From Eubacterium sp. (GTDB lineage: Bacteria; Bacillota; Clostridia; Lachnospirales; Lachnospiraceae), in NCBI GenBank assembly GCA_022764165.1, contig JALERM010000155.1:12-64011 (forward strand): a DNA stretch of 64,000 bases, given 5' to 3'. The position numbers and the translations under genes are program-made. Under the pieces are notes generated by a model that saw nothing but the letters and a program-made list of their open reading frames with translations, made no database searches and was not told the origin of the DNA. Below are positions 57,859 to 64,000 of the stretch, one piece after another (position 1 is the stretch's first letter; each line of letters opens with the position of its first letter).

Positions 57859-59052
57859 ATGCTTAATAAAAAATCTGTTGATGATATCAACGTAAAAGGT
57901 AAAAAAGTTCTTTGCCGCTGTGATTTTAACGTACCGCTTCAGGATGGAAAAATCACAGATGAAAACCGTCTGGTAGCAGCTCTGCCGACCATCAAAAAAC
58001 TGATCGCTGACGGCGGAAAAGTAATTCTGTGCTCTCACCTTGGAAAACCGAAGGGAGAACCGAAACCGGAACTGTCTCTGGCACCTGTAGCTGTTCGTCT
58101 GAGCGAACTTCTGGGACAGGAAGTAAAATTTGCAGCTGATCCGGAAGTTGTAGGACCAAATGCAAAAGCAGCTGTAGAAGCTATGCAGGATGGTGATGTT
58201 GTTCTTCTGGAGAACACCCGTTACCGTAAAGAAGAAACCAAAAACGGTGAAGCATTCTCCAAAGATCTTGCTTCCCTGTGTGATGTATTTGTAAACGACG
58301 CATTCGGTACTGCACATCGTGCACACTGCTCCAATGTTGGTGTAACTCAGTATGTTGATACCGCAGTAGTTGGATACCTGATGCAGAAAGAAATCGATTT
58401 CCTGGGCAACGCAGTAAATAATCCGGAAAGACCATTCGTGGCAATCCTTGGCGGTGCAAAAGTTTCCAGCAAAATCTCCGTAATCAACAACCTGCTTGAC
58501 AAAGTAGATACCCTGATCATCGGCGGTGGAATGGCATATACATTTGCAAAAGCACAGGGTGGAACCATCGGAAAATCTCTCTGTGAAGATGATTATCTGC
58601 AGTATGCACTGGATATGATCGAAAAAGCAAAAGAAAAAGGTGTGAAACTGCTTCTGCCGGTAGATACCAAGATCGGTGATGATTTCTCCAATGACTGCAA
58701 TATTCAGATCGTTCCTACAGGAGCAATTCCGGATGGTTGGGAAGGTCTTGATATCGGACCGGAAACCGAGAAAATATTTGCTGACGCTGTAAAAGATGCA
58801 AAAACTGTTGTTTGGAACGGACCGATGGGATGCTTTGAGATGCCGAACTTCGCACATGGAACAGAGACAGTGGCAGCAGCTCTGGCTGAGACTGACGCAA
58901 CAACCATCATCGGCGGTGGAGATTCTGCAGCAGCTGTAAATATCCTGGGATATGGCGACAAGATGACTCACATTTCCACTGGCGGCGGTGCTTCTCTGGA
59001 ATTCCTGGAAGGAAAAGAACTGCCGGGCGTAGCAGCAGCTAACGACAAATAG
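57859..59052 (+). CDS. pgk: Phosphoglycerate kinase
   Basis: [48 protein letters not shown]. Confidence 0.98.
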   Translation: MLNKKSVDDINVKGKKVLCRCDFNVPLQDGKITDENRLVAALPTIKKLIADGGKVILCSHLGKPKGEPKPELSLAPVAVRLSELLGQEVKFAADPEVVGPNAKAAVEAMQDGDVVLLENTRYRKEETKNGEAFSKDLASLCDVFVNDAFGTAHRAHCSNVGVTQYVDTAVVGYLMQKEIDFLGNAVNNPERPFVAILGGAKVSSKISVINNLLDKVDTLIIGGGMAYTFAKAQGGTIGKSLCEDDYLQYALDMIEKAKEKGVKLLLPVDTKIGDDFSNDCNIQIVPTGAIPDGWEGLDIGPETEKIFADAVKDAKTVVWNGPMGCFEMPNFAHGTETVAAALAETDATTIIGGGDSAAAVNILGYGDKMTHISTGGGASLEFLEGKELPGVAAANDK

Positions 59053-59110
59053 AATAGAAGTAACTACAATAAGACAGTTACGATATAGGACAGAAAAGAG
59101 GATAAGTAGC

Positions 59111-59860
59111 ATGGCAAGAAAGAAAATTATTGCTGGAAACTGGAAAATGAACATGACTCCAAGTGAGGCTGTAAAACTGGTTGAAACTCTGAAACCACTG
59201 GTTCAGAACGATGAAGTTGACGTAGTATTCTGTGTACCGGCTATTGATATCGTTCCTGTAGTAGAAGCTGCTAAAGGAACAAACATCCAGGTTGGTGCTG
59301 AAAACATGTACTTCGAGGAAAAAGGTGCCTACACAGGCGAAATTTCCCCGAACATGCTGGTAGATGCAGGCGTTAAATACGTAATCCTTGGACATTCTGA
59401 GAGAAGAGGATATTTCGGAGAAACAGACGCAGACATCAACAAAAAAATGCACAAAGCATTTGAACATGGCCTGACCCCGATCATGTGCTGCGGCGAATCT
59501 CTGGAACAGAGAGAACAGGGCGTAACCATGGACTTCATCCGTCAGCAGGTTAAGATCGGATTCCAGGGACTGACAGCAGATCAGGCAAAAGAAGCAGTTA
59601 TCGCTTACGAGCCAATCTGGGCTATCGGTACAGGAAAAACCGCTACTACAGAGCAGGCTCAGGAAGTATGCGGTAAAATCCGTGAATGCATCGCTGAAGT
59701 ATATGATGATGCAACAGCAGCAGCAATCCGCATCCAGTACGGCGGATCTGTAAACTCCAAAACAGCAGCAGACCTGTTTGCTCAGGCAGACATCGACGGC
59801 GGACTGGTTGGAGGAGCTTCCCTGAAAGAAGAATTCGGACAGATCGTAAACTACAAATAA
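59111..59860 (+). CDS. tpiA: Triosephosphate isomerase
   Basis: [36 protein letters not shown]. Confidence 0.98.
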   Translation: MARKKIIAGNWKMNMTPSEAVKLVETLKPLVQNDEVDVVFCVPAIDIVPVVEAAKGTNIQVGAENMYFEEKGAYTGEISPNMLVDAGVKYVILGHSERRGYFGETDADINKKMHKAFEHGLTPIMCCGESLEQREQGVTMDFIRQQVKIGFQGLTADQAKEAVIAYEPIWAIGTGKTATTEQAQEVCGKIRECIAEVYDDATAAAIRIQYGGSVNSKTAADLFAQADIDGGLVGGASLKEEFGQIVNYK

Positions 59861-59870
59861 GATAGTCATG

Positions 59871-59918
59871 AATGCCACCAGATACATCGGATGATGCAAT
59901 GTGTCTGGTGGCATATTT
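59871..59918 (+). terminator. Terminator after tpiA
   Basis: ATGCCACCAGATACAT...ATGTGTCTGGTGGCAT followed by ATTTT. Confidence 0.7.
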
Positions 59919-60063
59919 TGCCTTTACAACTTTTACAGGATGCACAAGAAACTAAGAACAGATTTCAGATAAGAAAATACAATCAGAAAAATAAAAAATA
60001 TCCTTTATTTCCTGGGAATATGTGTTAAAATGAAACTGCATATTTAAGAAAAGAGGTAACGTC

Positions 60064-61350
60064 ATGTCAGAACGTTGTATAAAAGCTGCCCTTCTCGGTC
60101 TTGGTACCGTGGGTACAGGTGTCTATAAAGTATTGAAGAATCAGGAACCGGAGATGGTATCCAAGCTGGGGGCAAAGGTGCAGATTAAAAAGATTATGGT
60201 CCGCAATCTGGAAAAGGCAGCAGCCAAGGTGGATGACCCGTCTGTTCTTACCAATTCCTGGAAGGAGATTGTGGAAGATCCGGAGATTGAGATTGTGATT
60301 GAACTGATCGGCGGCATGGAGCCGGCGAAAACATATATTCTGGAGGCTTTGCGGGCAGGTAAGCATGTGGTTACCGCCAATAAGGATCTGATTGCTTCCG
60401 AGGGAAAAGTGATTATGGATACTGCAGCGGAGTATGGAAGAGATTTCCTTCATGAGGCGGCAGTGGCTGGCGGTATTCCCATTATCCGGCCATTGAAACA
60501 GTGTCTTGCAGGCAATCACATTACAGAAGTAATGGGAATTGTAAATGGAACCACGAATTTTATATTGACCAAGATGAGCAATGAGGGAATGGAATTTGAT
60601 GAAGCTCTGAAGCTGGCACAGGATCTGGGTTATGCGGAGAGCGACCCCACGGCAGACGTGGAAGGTCTGGATGCGGCAAGAAAAGTGGCTATCCTTGCCA
60701 GCGTGGCTTTCAACGCCCGTGTTGCTTTTGAAGATGTATATACAGAAGGAATTACAAAAATCACGTCCACCGATATTGAATTTGCCAAAGAAATGGGATG
60801 GACCATCAAATTGCTTGGCGTAGCGAGAAATACACCGGACGGCATTGAAGCCCGTGTTCATCCTATGCTGATCGAAAGCGGACATCCTCTTGCAACCGTC
60901 AATGACTCCTATAATGCTGTATTTGTCCAGGGTGATGCGGTGCAGGATGCCATGTTCTATGGAAGAGGAGCCGGAGAACTTCCCACAGCCAGTGCAGTTG
61001 TGGGAGATATTTTCGATATCGTCAGAAATATTCTGGCAGGCTGCTGTGGAAGAATCGGCTGTACCTGCTACAAGCAGATACCTGTAAAGAAAATAGAAGA
61101 TGTCAGCAGCAAGTATTTTATCCGTATGCAGGTGGAAGACAGGTATGGTGTACTGGCCAACATTGCCAGTGTATTTGGCAACAACTGTGTCAGCATGGCA
61201 CAGGTGATTCAGAGAAGAAAAAAAGGAAATATTGCTGAAATCGTAGTGATTACAGATTCCGTAGAAGAACGCCATCTGAAAGATTCTCTGGCAGTATTTC
61301 AGGGAATGTCGATCGTGAAACAGGTATCGGCAATCATCCGTGTGGCATAG
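60064..61350 (+). CDS. hom: Homoserine dehydrogenase with ACT domain
   Basis: GLGTVG, VVTANK, EAAVAGGIP, NGTTN, YAESDPTADVEG, GRGAG. Confidence 0.96.
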   Translation: MSERCIKAALLGLGTVGTGVYKVLKNQEPEMVSKLGAKVQIKKIMVRNLEKAAAKVDDPSVLTNSWKEIVEDPEIEIVIELIGGMEPAKTYILEALRAGKHVVTANKDLIASEGKVIMDTAAEYGRDFLHEAAVAGGIPIIRPLKQCLAGNHITEVMGIVNGTTNFILTKMSNEGMEFDEALKLAQDLGYAESDPTADVEGLDAARKVAILASVAFNARVAFEDVYTEGITKITSTDIEFAKEMGWTIKLLGVARNTPDGIEARVHPMLIESGHPLATVNDSYNAVFVQGDAVQDAMFYGRGAGELPTASAVVGDIFDIVRNILAGCCGRIGCTCYKQIPVKKIEDVSSKYFIRMQVEDRYGVLANIASVFGNNCVSMAQVIQRRKKGNIAEIVVITDSVEERHLKDSLAVFQGMSIVKQVSAIIRVA

Positions 61351-61404
61351 CCTGACAGACCGGCTGTCGCAGTACAAAGATGACAGAAATATATGCAATG
61401 TAAG

Positions 61405-61439
61405 AAAAAAGTACCGAAAGAAATTTCGGTACTTTTTTC
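61405..61439. terminator. Terminator after hom
   Basis: AAAAAAGTACCGAAA-GAAA-TTTCGGTACTTTTTT. Confidence 0.75.
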
Positions 61440-61475
61440 TTGCAATTACCTAAAAAACTGATATAATAACTCTAT

Positions 61476-61489
61476 TGAATAAATATACA
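61476..61489. promoter_or_regulatory. Candidate ArgR (ARG) box
   Basis: TGAATAAATATACA versus consensus TGMAT-wwww-ATKCA (one mismatch). Confidence 0.45.
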
Positions 61490-61559
61490 TGAAAATGAAT
61501 TTACTTTGGGGAGAATGTGATAATCCCCGGGGTAAAAGAGAGAAAGAGGAGGAATTAAG

Positions 61560-62342
61560 ATGAAAAAGTTGATGGTTATGGCAATGGCCGGTATGATGGC
61601 AGTTTCTATGTTTGGCTGCGGCAGCAAGAAAACAGTCGAAGTTACCCAGGCTTCTGACCTGGCAGCTCTGACAGTAGGTGTACAGACAGGTACCACTGGT
61701 GATTCTTATGCAACCGATGAGGTAAAAGATGATTCCCAGATGAAACGTTATAATAAAGGTGCTGATGCGATTCAGGCTCTGAAAACAGGTAAAGTTGACT
61801 GTGTTGTTATCGACTCTCTGCCGGCACAGAAGTTTGTTGAGGCAAATGATGATCTGAAAATCATTGAAAATATCTGGAAGCCGGAAGAGTATGCGATGTG
61901 TCTGAAAAAAGGAAATGCTGAGCTTCTGGATCAGATGAATGCCGCACTGGCTGAACTGAAAGCTGACGGTACTCTGGACAAGATTATGAGTAACTACATC
62001 GGTGATGATCTGGGAAGTTTCGAATATGTGACTCCGGAAGGAACCGAATATCCGAACGGTAAACTGGTGATGGCTACCAACGCAGAATTTGAACCGTGGG
62101 AATACAAAAATGGTAATGATATCATTGGTATTGACCCGGATATCGTGCAGGCTATGTGCGACAAGATGGGATATGAACTGGAAATCAAAGATATGGCATT
62201 TGAGTCTATTCTGGCAGCCGTATCCAGCGGAAAGGCTGACTTCGGTGCAGCAGGTATGACTGTTAATAAAGACCGTAAAGAGAGTGTTGATTTTACAGAT
62301 ACTTATGCAAATGCTTCTCAGGTTGTTATTGTGAGAAAATAG
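61560..62342 (+). CDS. Polar amino-acid ABC substrate-binding lipoprotein, circularly permuted
   Basis: Lipobox MFG-C. The lobe-2 motif VGVQTGTTG comes first, and the canonical N-terminal LVMATNAEFEPWEY...GIDPDI comes last. Confidence 0.88.
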   Translation: MKKLMVMAMAGMMAVSMFGCGSKKTVEVTQASDLAALTVGVQTGTTGDSYATDEVKDDSQMKRYNKGADAIQALKTGKVDCVVIDSLPAQKFVEANDDLKIIENIWKPEEYAMCLKKGNAELLDQMNAALAELKADGTLDKIMSNYIGDDLGSFEYVTPEGTEYPNGKLVMATNAEFEPWEYKNGNDIIGIDPDIVQAMCDKMGYELEIKDMAFESILAAVSSGKADFGAAGMTVNKDRKESVDFTDTYANASQVVIVRK

Positions 62343-62404
62343 CACGCTAAAAAATATGGGGTCAAAGGTATTTGGCCCCGTCACCATCATAAAGGAGAAA
62401 CCAT

Positions 62405-63094
62405 ATGGCATATTTGCAGCATCAATTTGAGCGGTATTTCATTGACAATGGTGCCGCTTCCTGGTGGCTGACAGGTTTAAAAAGTACACTGCTGATTACC
62501 GTGATCGCTCTGGCAATCGGCGTAGTTCTGGGATTTACGGTAGGAATTATCCGGTCTGTCCACGAACAGACCGGCAAGCTGAAGCTGGCAAACTCTATCT
62601 GCAAGGTATACCTCAGCATCATCCGTGGAACACCAAGTATGGTACAGCTGCTGATCTTCAACTTTATCATTTTCGCATCTGTAAGTCTGAATGAAATATT
62701 TGTGGGCGGAATCGCATTCGGTATCAATTCCGGTGCCTATGTGGCGGAAATTGTCCGTTCCGGTATCATGTCCATCGATAAAGGTCAGATGGAGGCCGGA
62801 CGGAGTCTGGGCCTGAGTGCGGGAAAGACTATGCAGCTGATCATCATCCCACAGGCATTCAAAAATGTACTGCCGGCACTGATCAATGAAATGATCGTAC
62901 TCTTGAAAGAGACAGCAATTATCGGATACATCGGAACGACTGACCTTACCAAGGCAGCCACACTGGTACAGAGCCGTACCTACAGTGCCTACGTTCCGCT
63001 TCTCACAGCAGCTTTATTCTACTGGCTCCTGGTATCCATTCTCACATTCTTCATGGGTAAGGTAGAGAGGAGGATGCGAAAAAATGATCGATGA
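62405..63094 (+). CDS. Polar amino-acid ABC permease
   Basis: [33 protein letters not shown]. Confidence 0.95.
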   Translation: MAYLQHQFERYFIDNGAASWWLTGLKSTLLITVIALAIGVVLGFTVGIIRSVHEQTGKLKLANSICKVYLSIIRGTPSMVQLLIFNFIIFASVSLNEIFVGGIAFGINSGAYVAEIVRSGIMSIDKGQMEAGRSLGLSAGKTMQLIIIPQAFKNVLPALINEMIVLLKETAIIGYIGTTDLTKAATLVQSRTYSAYVPLLTAALFYWLLVSILTFFMGKVERRMRKNDR

Positions 63095-63830
63095 AAGAGA
63101 AGTATTGATTGAAGTGGATGCACTTCGAAAAAGCTTTGGCAGCAATGTGGTTCTGGATGGCATCACGACGGATATCCGCAAAGGAGAAGTGGTTGTAATC
63201 ATCGGCCCGTCCGGTTCCGGAAAATCCACCTTTCTGCGGTCACTGAATCTTTTGGAAAAACCTACCGGTGGTCGGATTCTGTTTGAAGGTGCCGACATCA
63301 CCGATCCGAAGGTAAACATCGACCGTCACCGTCAGAAAATCGGAATGGTATTTCAGCAGTTTAATCTGTTTCCTCACAAAACCGTGAAGGAGAACATTAT
63401 GCTTGCCCCTGTCACCCTCAAGGTAATGACTCAGGAGGAAGCATCAAAAAAAGCAGATGAGCTTCTGGCCCGCGTTGGTCTGCCGGACAAAGCAGATTCC
63501 TATCCGGACAGCCTGTCAGGCGGACAGAAACAGCGAATCGCCATTGCCCGTTCCCTGGCCATGAACCCGGACGTCATGCTGTTCGATGAGCCCACCTCGG
63601 CTCTCGACCCGGAAATGGTAGGCGAAGTTCTGGAAATCATGAAAGAACTTGCCGAAACCGGAATGACCATGGTGGTAGTAACCCACGAAATGGGCTTCGC
63701 CCGGGAAGTTGCCACCCGCGTACTGTTCGTCGACGAAGGAAAAATACAGGAAGAAAACACGCCGGAAGAATTCTTCCGGAATCCAAAAAATCCCCGCCTG
63801 CGGGAATTCTTGTCGAAAGTTTTATCTTGA
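63084..63830 (+). CDS. Polar amino-acid ABC ATPase
   Basis: [37 protein letters not shown]. Confidence 0.96.
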   Translation: MIDEREVLIEVDALRKSFGSNVVLDGITTDIRKGEVVVIIGPSGSGKSTFLRSLNLLEKPTGGRILFEGADITDPKVNIDRHRQKIGMVFQQFNLFPHKTVKENIMLAPVTLKVMTQEEASKKADELLARVGLPDKADSYPDSLSGGQKQRIAIARSLAMNPDVMLFDEPTSALDPEMVGEVLEIMKELAETGMTMVVVTHEMGFAREVATRVLFVDEGKIQEENTPEEFFRNPKNPRLREFLSKVLS

Positions 63831-63903
63831 AAGGAGATAAGACTCCCACCTCTATAGGTGGTGAGTTGCAACAAATTAGTCTTGGTGGGAGTCCAATCTC
63901 CTT
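63831..63903. mobile_element. Palindromic element resembling an IS200/IS605 end remnant
   Basis: AAGGAGATAAGACTCCCACC (63831-63850) pairs 18/20 with GGTGGGAGTCCAATCTCCTT (63884-63903). Inner hairpin ACTCCCACCT-CTAT-AGGTGGTGAGT. Confidence 0.4.
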
Positions 63904-63922
63904 CCAAGATAAAGCCTCCGGC

Positions 63923-64000
63923 GGATTGCAGAGGTGCGCAGATGTATTATGTCATGCAAAGCATGACGCGCACCTCGCAGCAAGTACGCCGAGGCGTACT
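63923..64000. repeat. Dispersed hairpin repeat, family H, copy 3 (truncated by window end)
   Basis: GGATTGCAGAGGTGCGC...GTCATGC-AAA-GCATGAC-GCGCACCTCGCAG-CAAGTACGCCGAGGCGTACT. Confidence 0.85.

Noticed and set aside
57724-59154. 476-aa antisense ORF over pgk (likewise 22312-23529, 38684-39796, 50899-51834, 60067-61398, 61446-62411)
   Set aside because: Shadow ORFs lying opposite well-supported genes. They have no RBS or recognisable motifs and are explained by codon bias of the sense gene.
44-64000. Near-identical 40-mers at both window ends suggesting direct repeats of an integrated element
   Set aside because: The enclosed region is core housekeeping (recA, alaS, tyrS, gap) with no integrase, and a third copy lies inside. 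This is a dispersed repeat.

Overview
A 64 kb chromosomal segment of a spore-forming, anaerobic Clostridia bacterium, most consistent with Lachnospiraceae. It is mostly housekeeping. Order: a decayed T-box/thrS copy; a TetR-controlled MMPL plus heptad-repeat operon; spo0A-glgA; recA-recX-rny; scpAB-dacB; PPi-type pfk and a five-gene Na+-decarboxylase/transcarboxylase-like cluster; B12-riboswitch-controlled cbiMNQ plus a cbiO-cbiK fusion, divergent from a hem operon that ends in a membrane-anchored MutS-like gene and rnhA; T-box tyrS, alaS, rpsU; dacF-like; GH13 glucosidase with AraC; spoIIM, aroF, spoVB-like; iscR-iscS-nifU; gap-pgk-tpiA; hom; and a polar amino-acid ABC transporter. I found no CRISPR array, prophage, intact transposase, rRNA or tRNA. 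The most unusual signals are (1) a circularly permuted amino-acid substrate-binding protein, (2) a CbiO-CbiK transporter-chelatase fusion with an internal RBS, (3) the hybrid decarboxylase cluster, (4) the MMPL/heptad-repeat operon with three operators at an exact 33-bp period, flanked by direct copies of a dispersed repeat, (5) several families of intergenic palindromic repeats including a 208-bp MITE-like unit with perfect 29-bp inverted ends, and (6) a thrS paralog with several internal deletions. Gene calls come from my recognition of motifs, not database searches, and I cannot confirm that any finding is novel.
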